Below are positions 10,094-21,836 of a stretch of DNA of 64,000 nt, piece after piece; positions within the stretch are counted from its first letter, which is position 1; the number at the start of each line of letters is the position of its first letter. The stretch lies in the NCBI GenBank assembly GCA_951406725.2, contig OX597821.1, forward strand, positions 64,976,001 to 65,040,000, given 5' to 3'. The notes under the pieces were generated by a model. The model was not told the DNA's origin, made no database searches, and saw nothing but the letters and a program-made list of their open reading frames with translations. This DNA comes from Octopus vulgaris (taxonomy: Eukaryota). The translations under genes and the position numbers were made by a program.

Positions 10094-11777
10094 ACGCGTT
10101 TTTTTCGGCTCCTGAAAATTCGGTAAAAAAGAACAAAAAGCGTTGTTGTTGTTGTGGAAATTCTGAACGGCGTTGACGCGGTTTCGCGTTTCGCTCGTTC
10201 AGCGCGTTACACTTTTTCTGTTTTGGCGGCCGTTTTCGGTCTGTCAGACAGAAGGAAATGGACAACCCCTACCTGATGGGAGATACGGCTGCAGTTTTTG
10301 AGTCTTTAACAGACTTGTCTACGTCTGAGGAGGAGCTAGAAATAGCAGTGAGGAAAATGGATCAGAAGCTGGGTTATACCTATGCCGGTGTAACCAAGAA
10401 GGCGGAAGAGAAAGGGGTCGACATGGCCAAGTTGCCAAGTTACCAGAAATACATGAAAAAGGAAAGCGGTGAGGTGGAACTATCACCGACACCCAGGAGA
10501 AAGGAATGGTATGATAAGAGGACCATTATTTACAGGGTGTTCGCAAACGAAAGGAAGAGGGTAGAAGTTGTAACCATGGAATGGATAGAGGAAGCCCTGC
10601 GAAGAACTGAGGAGGAAATAAATTTTCTGACTCGAGGATCCAAGTACGGTACCGTAGTTGTGCATTTCAAAACTGAGTCTGCAGCGAGGAAGATGGCGGC
10701 GAAGGCGGTGAAGTCAGAAAAGGTAACCCTATTACCTACGTATTTAAACAGGAGGATTACACGAATAAGGGTGGAGGGAGTGCCACCAAACGTGGAGGCA
10801 GAATGGATTGTGGCGGCTGTGATCAGCGGCCACGAGGACGAAGTGGATATTCTCCATGCCTCGGTTAAGTCCGAGGGCTGGAGAGGCGTAACAGTGGAGC
10901 TGAACGTACAGGCAGAGACCGAGGTACTGGTGGACCTGACGGAAAGCATCAGACTGGGAGACGTGGTCATGAGAGTGTGGGTGGAGGGCAGGGCTCCACG
11001 TTGTTACAAGTGTGGCCTGAGGGGTCACATAAGAGCCTTCTGCCCTCCCCCAGGGAAAGAAATGGATTCCGAACCAGAGAGAGAGAAGCAGAAACCAGAG
11101 GAGAAGGAAACAGATGGAAGAGAATACACAGAAATGGAAGGAAGCTGGAAGTAAGAGGAAGAGAAGAATATGTGGAAAAAAAGAAAATAATATGGAACTC
11201 CAATCTACCCCAAAACCTCCCACACCCTCTGAGTCCCACCCTATCCATGCAGACATTGAACCCACCCGCTCCCCCCAAACAAGAAAACAAAAGAAAAAAA
11301 AGAATACACACACACAAGAGATTGAAATCGAACCCAGGCCGTACATTTGTACTATGACTGAACAGAAAGAAGTTAAAAGTCTAATGGAAGAGTATAAATG
11401 GTATGATGTTGGAGAGACTAGGTATGCTGTGATTGAAAAGAAGAACATAGGTGAGTTTATGGGGAGGTGTGAAAGGGAGAATTGGGAGGTGAAAGATATA
11501 AGAATGAGCGATGAATTCGTGGAAAATATGGATGAGTATTTCGGAGTAAGAATGGATATGGAATTTATTCGTATTGACAAAGAACATTCAAGTGACTATG
11601 AAAAACAAAGGACAGGTAAGTGATGCTGACGGACGGGGCCGTTGGTATCGCTTTCATTTTATCATTTTTTTTCGTTTAACAATTCATGTTCATAAAGTTT
11701 AATTATAATGTTCTATGTCCCCATGTTTTGTGATGTCCGCTATTCTTCGTAGCCCCTTAGTGGGTAATAAAGAAATC
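10094..11777 (+). mobile_element. ORF1/gag-only retroelement-like unit 3
   Basis: Begins ACGCGTTTTTTTCGGCTCCTG; ends GCCCCTTAGTGGGTAATAAAGAAATC, after which the Helitron sequence resumes. Confidence 0.8.
10258..11623 (+). pseudogene. ORF1-type CCHC protein (unit 3), one +1 frameshift
   Basis: ORFs 10258-11154 and 11114-11623 join into one ~455-aa frame if the extra T in ACAGATGGAAG (~11116; unit 2 has ACAGAGGAAG) is removed. Confidence 0.75.
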
Positions 11778-13227
11778 ACATGGAGAAAAGCACCTTCGAA
11801 AAGTGTCTTGGTGCGACTATGAAAGCTATCTAATCAGAGCAGTAAATTCGCCACAATAGAAGCAAGGTTCGAGTCAACGGAGCGTGCAAGGGAGTACTCG
11901 ACTCGAACTTGCAAAGTGGAAATAATTTATAATTATTTTTACCTTTATATCTAGGACGTCCCGGAAACAATTTAAAATGCACACCTCCCCCAGAAGTAGA
12001 GGTAGGCTGGATTGTAGCCACACTTCTATACAAGAGGGAGGACAAGATACAATTGATCGAAATTACAAGAGACGGGCTAACAATTCCAGTCTGTTATATA
12101 TTTTTAGTATTGTTATCACTAACGATATCAATATATAACTTTATATTTTGTATTTTATGTGTAGATGTATATATATAGATGTACACATATACATACACAG
12201 ATATACATGCACTAGCACTATGACTCGGCAACGACGGGTCTTTAATGCTAGTATATATATAAAACTGAGAATGTGTGTCCGTCTGTCTGTGTGAATCCCT
12301 GAATCTTCAGAACTACACAACCAATTTCATTCAAATTTTGCACATGCCTTACTTAGGGTCCAAGGAGTGTCGTGGGCTCGCTCTGGGCGCCATTGGGCTC
12401 ACTGTCCACAGCTACGACGCCACAGTGAGCGCTATGGCGACCAGAGCATTGGCCATACCGTAATAAAAGGTTTGGCTTGGCTTGGCTTGGCTTGGAAAGG
12501 AAAGGAAAGGAAAGGAAAGGAAAGGAAAGGATTTTAATTATATATAGAGAACTATAGCGGGAAGCATAAAAAAACAACCATTCCTCAGTTGTTGGCAGTT
12601 TTACCTACTCCGCATTGCAACAAGATGCGTCTTCTGCAAAGCAATTGCTCGCCCAAAGCAATTTAAATAAATTTGAGATACGTGGAACGTCAAAGCTGCT
12701 AGCAAAAACAGGACAGTGAAAACATTCGGCAAGGGCTGTTTAACCCTAACGAGGTTAAGTGGTGAACGCTGGAGAAAGAAGGCTTTGTCTAGAGACCGAC
12801 AAGAATGTATGAACGAGAAGAAAAAAAATTACATTTAGAAGTGGATCTATAATTATTGAGGTCAGAATTTCTGTTAGAAATAGAGAACTATAAATATTGA
12901 ATTATGCATAAAGTGCTGACTTACATTCGGGGCTTCCAATTTCTCTGTAATGTATAAGATAATCGCAAAATCATCGCACATGTCACCATCGATTACAAAC
13001 AACGGTGGAAGATAAAAGTTCCAGATCACTTTCTTGTTATTTCATTCGTACAAGGATCGTATTATGTTTCGGCTTAAAATAAATTATAGATACAAATATA
13101 ATGTATAGAAATATATAAAAACCAGAATAGAAAATAAACGTCTTAGGCATATAAAATAAGATAACATGAGATATCAAGGTGTTATAAACTTGAAACCTAC
13201 TAGAATATCATAGATTATATATATATA

Positions 13228-15783
13228 TCAAGTCATCCAGTCAGTTCTGTCCAATTTTACCTTTTTTTTAGATTTGAATGAAATTTAATAGTATTTGCAA
13301 ATGTCTAATTCAATTAAAACTTATTTTTATGCATTTGTGTACGTTTAAACTAATTAAATATTGGTTTACAAAATAATAGACGGTGTCCATAAAGTCTGCG
13401 TACATGGGGATTAAGACATACTTTTAAAACAAAACAATTTTATTTAATTATAATGTTAATAAATAATATTTTCAAAGTGATTTCCATCATTTTCAATGCA
13501 TAACTTGATGCGCCTTGCAACATTCAGGTGAACTTGATTAAATAAGTGTACATTGCTATCAATTTCAGCACACTGACTGGTAATGCGTTCTCTCATGTGT
13601 TTTATATCTGTAATCTTTATTGAGTAAACTTTCTCTTTCAACATACCCCAGAAAAAGAAATCAAGGGGAAAAAGGTCTGGTGAACGAGGGGACCATTCCA
13701 TATGACCCCTTCTTCCAATCTAGTGAGGAAAAGTGTCATTAAGCCAATCTCTAACAGTTGTGGCAAAATGGGCAGGGGCCCCATCCTGCTGAAACCAATT
13801 CGGAAGGCCCAAATTAAGATATTAATATGTTTCTCAATATATTTGCATAAGTCTCATCCGTTACATGTTCAATGAAGAAGGGTCCTAGAACATGAGCTTT
13901 CCAAAAACCACACCACACCATCACCTTTTTGCTGCCTGGCTGTTTGGATAGATCCATCCAATGTGGATTACCTCGAGATCAATATAGAAGATTCTGTCTG
14001 TTGACCTCACCATTTACATAAAACGTAACTTTGTCACTGAACAACACAAAGTTTTTCGTAAAATTGATATTTTCATCCAATTTATCTGAAAACCATTCGC
14101 ACATCTACATTCGTCTATCAGGATCGTCTTCATTTAAGCGATGCAATATCTGTAGGTTGTATCGATGAAACTTTTCCTCAACCAGCATTTTGTGGATGGT
14201 TGGTTTTGAAACACCTAACACCGTGGATGTCCGACGAAGTGGTTTCTTTGGGCTAGCAGAAACTTTAGCCTCGACAGCCTCTTTCGTTTCATATGAAGTC
14301 TTTGGTCGCCCGGAACGGGGTTTATCCAAAATACTGCCTGTTTTTTTTTTATTTCTTGATCAATTTCCCGACGGCATTAAAAATAAAATAGGTTACCTAT
14401 AAGGTGGTGGAGATTTTATTCTTCCGCAATTTTGCGATAAGACCATCCCTCTCATCCACTTAATAATACTAACTCGATTCTTTCTTCTTTAGACAGATCC
14501 ATCATTCGATCTGGGATTCTTTCTTCTTTAGGCAGAGCCATCATTCGATCATCTGTAGAAAAAATAACAAATAAATTTAGAAAAGTAAAGTATTTTTTTT
14601 ATTTAATTTAAACAAAATTAAAAAAGGAACATTATTATTTCTTTATATTTGTTTATGTTATGATTTTATTCCATGTACCCAGACTTCGTGGACACCCTAA
14701 AATTGCTTTGATTAAAACCCTTTCAACATGGAAGTATCCAAGGAGTATTTAAGGCACATATAATTCTTTATGAGTACAATAAAGGTAACTCTGCAGCCGA
14801 AGTGACTCGAAACATACACTCAGTTTATGGGAAAGTGCTTGAATGAAAGAACTTGCAGGAGATCGTTTGCAAAATTGAAGATGAAGATCGAATAGGATGT
14901 CCAGTTGAGCTTGATGATAAGCTCCTTGGGGCATTACTTGAAGAAAATCCGTCATTATCTGTTGAAGTATTGGCAATAAAGCTTACTTCAAACCATACAA
15001 CAGTTCATCGTCATCTTCAACAACGTGGAAAGATTCCTAAACTTGGAAAATAGGTGCCTCATGTATTGTCAGAAAGCAACCGCAAATCCCGAGTTGACAT
15101 CTGCTCTTCTCTCTATTCTCGCAAACTCATTTCACCCTTTTTTGATAGACTTGTGACGAAAAATGGATTTTCTATCGAAATGTTAAACGTCGTAAACAGT
15201 GGCTTGGTAAAAGGGAAAATGCTCAACCACAAAGAGAAGGGAACTTTATGGGAAAAAAGGTTCTACTCTATCTGGTGCGATTGCAAAGGCGTAATTCACT
15301 TTATATTGTTACCACCTAATGCAACAATCAATGCTCAAGTCTACTGTCAGCAATTAGAGCGTTTGAACCAAGCTTTGAAGGAAAAAAGAGCAGGTTTAGT
15401 GAGTCGAAAACGAGTGATGTTTCATCCACACTGCAAAGATCACATCACAGAAGATCGAAGAGATCGGTTTGGAAAAATTTCTTCGTCCAACTTATTCTCC
15501 CGACCTTACTCCTTCAGGATACCATTTGTTTCATAGTTTACAAAATTATTAGAGGGACACAACTTTCGCAAGCCAGGAAGAGGTCGAACCTGACGTTTTA
15601 GAGTTCTTCGATTTGAAACCAAAAGAATTTTACATTGATGGGATTAAAAAGCTTGTAAATAGATGGAAGTAAGTCATAGATATTCAGGGAAACTACATTG
15701 ATGATTAACTTTCAATTAAATATAACATTTGATCACTTGGATTCTTTATCCATAATTCGGACAGAACTTATGGGATGACCTGA
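13228..15783 (+). mobile_element. Mariner (Mos1-like) DNA transposon, decayed
   Basis: Imperfect TIRs CAAGTCATCCAGTCAGTTCTGTCC (13229) and GGACAGAACTTATGGGATGACCTG (~15759-15782). Transposase remnants 14728-15705: MEVSKEYLRH.., LGK*VPHVL (WVPHEL motif), EKWIFY, IWCDCKGVIHF, YSPDLTPS; several stops and frameshifts. Confidence 0.85.
13379..14698 (-). mobile_element. Tc1/mariner-superfamily transposon (DD40D/DD41D-like), nested in the mariner 5' leader, decayed
   Basis: TIRs ACGGTGTCCATAAAGTCTGCGTACATGG / CCATGTACCCAGACTTCGTGGACACCCT. Minus-strand FQQDGAPAHF...W(S)PRSPDLFPLDFFFWG with 40 residues between the 2nd and 3rd Asp; N-terminal DKPRSGRPK AT-hook-like linker. Confidence 0.85.
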
Positions 15784-16539
15784 GAGAAATATATTTTCGC
15801 CAGTGTATATATAAGACTGACGATAAAAGTTCTATTTCTTACAAAATATTTTGTTACTAACACCATACAAATTATTTATATCTTTTACACCTTATGCAAA
15901 ATTTATTTCTCTTTCGAATGATGCAGACAATTTTTATACAACTTGAAGAATTCTTATGAGGAATCCTACATTGGGAGTGGTAACGACTAGGGTAAGGTAA
16001 CTGAGTGCTTATTGTGATCATTCGTCCTTTGGTTTCCTGTAGCTTTGCTCTCTTTTACAAACCCAGTGAACATATATTTCCTATTTCAAAAAATTCAAGC
16101 AATAGATATAAGTCCCAAGTTAAAAAGATTCTCAACAATTCAACTTATCTGCTTGACATTAAGACACCCCCCGCCAACTGGGGCCTTAACTCTCACATTT
16201 TAGAGCTCCATGACCTTCATTTTACAGGGACAAAATCTTTTTAACAAGTTCAATAAGACTGGAATTTTGGAATATGCGCATAAAAATCAGTAGTATGGGA
16301 TACATGTGGCACGATTACAATTTTTTAGGGTGTGTAAAAAGTGAAATAACCCTCAGCTGCAATTTTCATGAAATTCGAAACATAGATATTCCAGTTCATT
16401 ACAGAAGATATAACAGAAAAGTCTAAAATCTCCAATTGAATGTAACCGGACAATGCCGGGTATCTCTGCTTTTATGATATCTTATGGTATAATGCATTTA
16501 TGATACTTTATATATATGTATATATGTAGGTATATATGT

Positions 16540-16587
<48 letters not shown>

Positions 16588-17179
16588 TTATATACATATA
16601 TATATATATATATATATCTTAAACATATAAGTGGTAATATAGATAACATGTGTGTGTGTATGTGTGTGTGTGTGTGTGTGTGTATGTGTGTGTGTGTGCG
16701 TGTGCTAGTTATTAAATGCTTGAGAATATGCCTTTAGGCAAAGGAGAAAATTTGCTAACAGCTGGGCTGTACACGTTGAAGAACCCACTGTGAATATTTC
16801 AATTATTTAATCTATGAATACTACATGAGAGTTAAATAAGTTTATGGAATTATAGTTTATGTTAAATCAGTTCAACCTCCTTTACCTGTAATTATATATC
16901 TCCAAATCGTTCCTGCGTGTATGCGCATCCATCAGCCTCTCTTATATCACGATGCTTCCAACGATCGAGTCATTCATCCGTCAATCTGTTCGTTCGCCCA
17001 TCCAAAAATGCATCCATCCGTTTAGCAATCTGTCTATCTATCCATGTAACCGTCAGTTTCTCTGCATGTCTTTATCTCTATGTCTTTTTCTCTACCCCTT
17101 TATTTATCGCTCTGCATGTATACATATATACGTACATACATACATACATACATACACAAATATATATATATATATACAA

Positions 17180-17245
<66 letters not shown>

Positions 17246-17271
17246 ATGTATGTATGTATGTAGATGTATAT

Positions 17272-17670
17272 ATAGGAGTGGCTGTCTGGTAAGTAGCTTG
17301 CCTGTCAACCACATGGTTCCGGGTTCAGTCCCACTGCGTGGCACCTTGGGAGAGTGTCTTCTACTATACCTGCGGGTCGACTAAAGCCTTTCGAGTAGAT
17401 TTGGTAGACGGAAAATGAAAGAAGCCCGTCGTATATATGTATATAGATATGTATGTGTGTCCACATGTTTGTGTGTCTGTGTTTGTCCCCCACCCAACAT
17501 CGCTTAACAACCGATACTGGTGTGTTTACGTCCCCGTAACTTAGCGGTTCGGCCAAAGAGACCGATAGAATAAGTACTAGGCTTACAGAGAATAAGTTCT
17601 AGGGTCGATTTGCTCGACTAAAGGTGGTGCTCCAGCATGGCCGCTGTCAAATGAATGAAACAAATAAAAA
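17272..17670 (+). mobile_element. SINE family A, near full-length
   Basis: Match to the family. Confidence 0.85.
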
Positions 17671-17744
17671 ATATATATATAAATTAGGGAAAACCACTAT
17701 TATGTAATTCAAATAACTGAAACAAGTAAAAGGGAGAGAGTATA

Positions 17745-18240
17745 TATATATATATAAAACTGAGAATGTGTGTCTGTCTGTCTGTCTCTCTGTCTGTGTG
17801 TTTCCCTAAAATTTGAGAACTACAAAACCAAATTCATTCAAATTTTACACATGCCTTACTTAAGGTCCGGGGAGTGTCATCGGCAAAAAATCTTAACTTT
17901 TTCCCTCGGGCGACCCCACAGCAATATCATATCTTCTCCACTCTTTCAGTATTACGTGTTAAAACTAAAACAAAAATATCTCTCTTTTGTAATGCAGACA
18001 CTTTCATTTTAATACTGAAACTATTAAAGTGAAAGTATTATATAACAGGGCTGAACCATTAACAAGTGGTCATCCATTTTGATAGAAGAAGATCCGCTAT
18101 GGTCTTATTTGCTACACCAATATTCAATTTTTCACCCTTATTATGTGTGTGTGTGTGTGTGTGTGTGTGTATTAGCATTTCGTATAAAATTGCATCAATG
18201 ACTTGAACTTGAATAAGTGGTTTCACATAAACGGGCATCA
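17745..18240 (+). mobile_element. Helitron-like family copy (variant, partial)
   Basis: Same 5' ~260 bp, then a variant interior also seen inverted at ~40750-40870. Confidence 0.7.
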
Positions 18241-18541
18241 TTTTAAAATGTTTGTTGTTATTATTATTACTGTTTGACTATTATAATCACGTTTGTTGGT
18301 TCCTCGTCAGGGAAACGTTGTGTTGCATTTGTTAAACTGGAGAAGGAGCTTTGGTTATTGTTCAAAAATTGAATTGTGACCCTGTTGGGGAAATTGACCA
18401 TATTTTCTCCGTCTTTACCGAAGCATTTTTGTTTAAATGCCTTCGATAGAAGAAAGTCCCAAAATGAATTTCGCTGCAGCCGAGTGAGGACAAGATCCAG
18501 TTGATCGAAATTGCAAGAGACGGGCCTACAATTCCAGTCTG

Positions 18542-18583
<42 letters not shown>

Positions 18584-18586
<3 letters not shown>

Positions 18587-18912
18587 GCTCAGTGGTTAGA
18601 GCGTCGACCTTACGATCGTGAGGTTGTGAGCTCGAATCCCGGACCGGGCTGCGTGTTGTGTTCTTGAGCAAAGCACTTTATTTTTCCACGTTGCTCCAGT
18701 TCACTTAGCTGTAGAAATGAGTTGCGACGTCACTGGTGCCAAGCTGTATCGACCTTTGTCTTTCCCTTGAATAACACTGGTGGCGTGGAGAGGGGAGGCT
18801 GGTATGCATGGGCGACTGCTGGTCTTCCATAAACAACCTTGCCCGGACTTGTGTCTAGGAGGGTAACTTTCTATGTGCAATCCCATGGTCATTCATGACC
18901 GAAGGGGGTCTT
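18584..18912 (+). mobile_element. tRNA-derived SINE family C
   Basis: A box TGGCTCAGTGG and B-box-like GCTCGAATCC; 3' part recurs at ~41072-41285; related head at ~19205-19340. Confidence 0.75.
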
Positions 18913-19139
18913 TTATATGTAATATGTGACAATTCTTCGGTAGCCATGATAAAACTCCGTATTTCAGATGCCGAGGTGGAAATCCACACCGCCATCTCTT
19001 CAGTTATCCGGCCATCGGAAAACTTCCACCCCAGCATCCGAAACCCGGAGTTTTATCATGGCTACCAAATAAAATTCTCCATTTACATAATATCGCGGTC
19101 GCTTTCTTACTTTTGCTGTCTTACCTTTTTTATCAATAA

Positions 19140-19173
<34 letters not shown>

Positions 19174-19521
19174 ATATATATGTTATATATAATATATATG
19201 CTAGCTGGCTTAGTGGTTAGGGCATTTGGCTTACAATCGCAAAGGCGTGAGTGCAATTCCCGGCGAAGCGTTGTGTCCGTGAGCATGAGACTGTATTTCA
19301 GGTTGCTCCAGTCCATTCACCCGGCAAGAAATAAGTAGTATCTATGTTTGAAAGGGCCAGCCTTGTCCCATTATGTGTCAAGCTGAATCTCCCTGAGAGC
19401 TACGTTCAGGTTGTACGTGTCTGTAGAATACTCTGCAACTTCCACATCGAATTCACGAGCGGGCTGTTCCGTTGATCGGATCAACTGGAACCTTTGTTTT
19501 CGCAACCGACGGAATGCCAGT

Positions 19522-19582
<61 letters not shown>

Positions 19583-19638
19583 GTACATTCAAGTATGTAT
19601 GTACAATACACATAAATATGTAAATATGTATGTATGTA

Positions 19639-20445
19639 CAGCAGGCCAGCTGGAGAGCAGCAGGCCAACTGGAGAGCAGGCCAGCTGGAGAGCAGGCCAG
19701 CTGGAGAGCAGGCCAACTGGAGAGCAAGCCAAAAGCAGAGAAAGCCAAAAGGGGAGCAGGCCACCTGGGCAGCAGGCTAACTGGAGAGCAGACCAGCTAG
19801 AGAGCAGCAGGCCAACTGGAGCGCAAGCCAACTGGAGAGCAGGCCAGCTGGAGAGCAGCAGGCCAGCTGGAGAGCAGCAGGCCAACTGGAGTGCAAGCCA
19901 AAAATAGAGCAAACCAACTGGAGAGCACCCCAAATGGAGAGCAGGCCAGCTGGAGAGCAGGTCAACTGGAGAGCAAGCCAAAAGGAGAGCAAGCTAACTG
20001 GAGAGCAAGCCAAATGGAGAACAAGCCAAAAGGAGAGCAAGTCAAAAAGAGGGCAAGCCAACTGGAAAGCAAGTCAAATGGAGAGTAAGATAACTGGAGA
20101 GCGAGCCAAAAGGAGAGTAAGCCAAAAGGAGAGAAAGCCAACTGGAGAGTAGGTCAACTGGAGAGCAAGTCAAAAGGAGAGCAAGCCAAATGAATAGTAA
20201 GCGAAACTGGTGAGCAAGTCAAAAGGAGAGCAAGCCAGCTGGAGAGCAATTCAAAAGGAGAGCAAGCAAAATGGATAGCAATTCAAAAGGAGAACAAGCC
20301 AACTGGAGAGCAAGCCAACTCGAGGGAGAGCAGGCCAAATCGAGAGCAGGCCAGCTTGCGAGCAGGTCAACTGGAGAGCAAGCTAGCTGGAGAGCAGGCC
20401 AAATGGAGAACAGGCCAGCTGGAGACCAGGCCAAATGGAGAGCAA
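19639..20445. repeat. Purine-rich minisatellite, 16-bp unit GGAGAGCAGGCCA(A/G)CT with 19-bp variants
   Basis: About 50 degenerate tandem units; source of the spurious RASQ/LACSP ORFs. Confidence 0.9.
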
Positions 20446-20454
20446 ATATCAATA

Positions 20455-20764
20455 TCAGCAGATGGAGAAACTTTCAAAATACAAAGACCTGGAAATAGAG
20501 GTAACTCGAATTTGGAATCTAAAAACAGAAACAATAGACATGATAAAATATTCAGACAAATACATAACAAAAATATCAGGACTTACAAACACATATAACA
20601 TACAGAAAATTGCACTACTAGGCACTGCCCACATCCTACGCAAAACTCTTTCAATACAGTTCAATACATCAGAGCATCACAACAAATCACAGCACATACC
20701 CAAGGTACACTGGGCTGTGCTCGCTAGTGAAGTGAAAGCACGATATATAAAAAAGAAACAATGG

Positions 20765-20765
<1 letters not shown>
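20455..20765 (+). mobile_element. R4/Dong-like REL-LINE 3' fragment
   Basis: EKLSKYKDLEIEVTRIWNLKT...IQKIALLGTAHILRKTL, homologous to the C-terminus of 34048-34720; ends in (AAT)n. Confidence 0.75.
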
Positions 20766-20813
<48 letters not shown>

Positions 20814-21787
20814 TAATAATAATTAGTAGTAGTAGTAGTAGCAGTTGTAGTTGAAGAAGAAAAGAAGTGAAACAGAACGAGTGCGTGTGTTTACTATTAG
20901 CATAATAATCCTGCCAAAATATTACAAAACAACTATTAGAAAATGCAAAATAGTTTTTTTTAATTTTTGAAAAGTAGAAGTGATAAGTCTATAAATTCTA
21001 AAGCCATAATGACGTAATCAATGAATATTTAATTTTGCTATACAAGTCAAAATAGGGGTGAGGGAATACAAGTCTGCGAGTAAATTGAGAGAACTTACTG
21101 TTACTAAGAGAATAAATGATTCACACACGCCATCCTCATCACAAAACAATAGTTAGGTCCGTATTAACATGTGCATAGCAGAAAACTTAGATAGATCCGA
21201 ACAACTTTCTAGTATCTCAAGATTCTCATCAAAAACTGAATATCTTCCTTCTGTCCACGGCAAGATTTAATAACAAGTTTATTCTGGATGTTTACAGAAT
21301 AGGACGCAGCTAAATCTGTGAGTTAATTTGCAGAATTAATTTATAACAGATTTGTTGGAAACTGTCAAATATAAAGTGTACATTTTCGAAATAATCATAT
21401 AATTTTAAACATGCTGTATAACGTAAGCTAAGTCTTTATATCTCAGATTTTATATCCCTGTGAGCAGTAAAAAGTGAAATCAATCTCATTAGTTTCTCGT
21501 CTACTGCGACTTTAATCAGAGAAAAGATACCCATTTTCTGTCCGCACAGATTATTAACAGCTTTTACTTATTAGCAGATATGCCATGTAAGACTTGGGAT
21601 AAACTGGTCGCAAAAGTATGGTTAATGTAAATGCTATTTTCTCCGTCTTTACCGAAGCATTTTTGTTTAAATGCCTTCGATAGAAGAAAGTCCAAAAATG
21701 AATTTCGCTGCAGCCGAGGGAGGAGAAGATCCAGTTGATCGAAATTGCAAGAGACGGGCCTACAATTCCAGTCTGTTATATATTTTG

Positions 21788-21836
<49 letters not shown>

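Larger units (their letters stand above)
6126..12251 (+). mobile_element. Non-autonomous Helitron-like element (~1 kb), interrupted by the 5.1-kb ORF1-only array
   Basis: 5' TC followed by (TA)n-ACTGAGAATG; 3' hairpin GACTCGGCAACGACGGGTC then CTAG|T at 12248-12251. Segments 6160-6685 and 11778-12251 are colinear with the uninterrupted copy at 35261-36295. Confidence 0.8.
12252..16470 (+). mobile_element. Second Helitron-like element directly head-to-tail with the first, carrying nested DNA transposons
   Basis: Same 5' motif TATATATAAAACTGAGAATG immediately after the CTAG of the first copy; candidate 3' hairpin CCGGACAATGCCGGG at ~16446-16460 with a degenerate CTAG. The right boundary is tentative. 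Confidence 0.5.

Noticed and set aside
6908-11587. Long antisense ORFs over the array (e.g. 6908-7507, 9065-9898, 10744-11580)
   Set aside because: Shadows of the purine-rich sense ORF; Ser/Phe-rich, no motifs, start and stop not conserved across units.
6686-11777. Array interpreted as an LTR retrotransposon/ERV gag or as a host ZCCHC gene cluster
   Set aside because: No LTRs, PBS, protease or pol; intronless units sit inside a Helitron whose empty copy is in the window.
18584-18665. tRNA-like sequences (also 32905-32970, 48510-48580, 63820-63895)
   Set aside because: A/B boxes are present but they continue into SINE bodies and lack a proper cloverleaf; SINE heads, not tRNA genes.
19453-20598. 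Overlapping repetitive ORFs and CRISPR-like periodicity
   Set aside because: Contiguous 16/19-bp minisatellite with no unique spacers and no cas genes; eukaryotic context.
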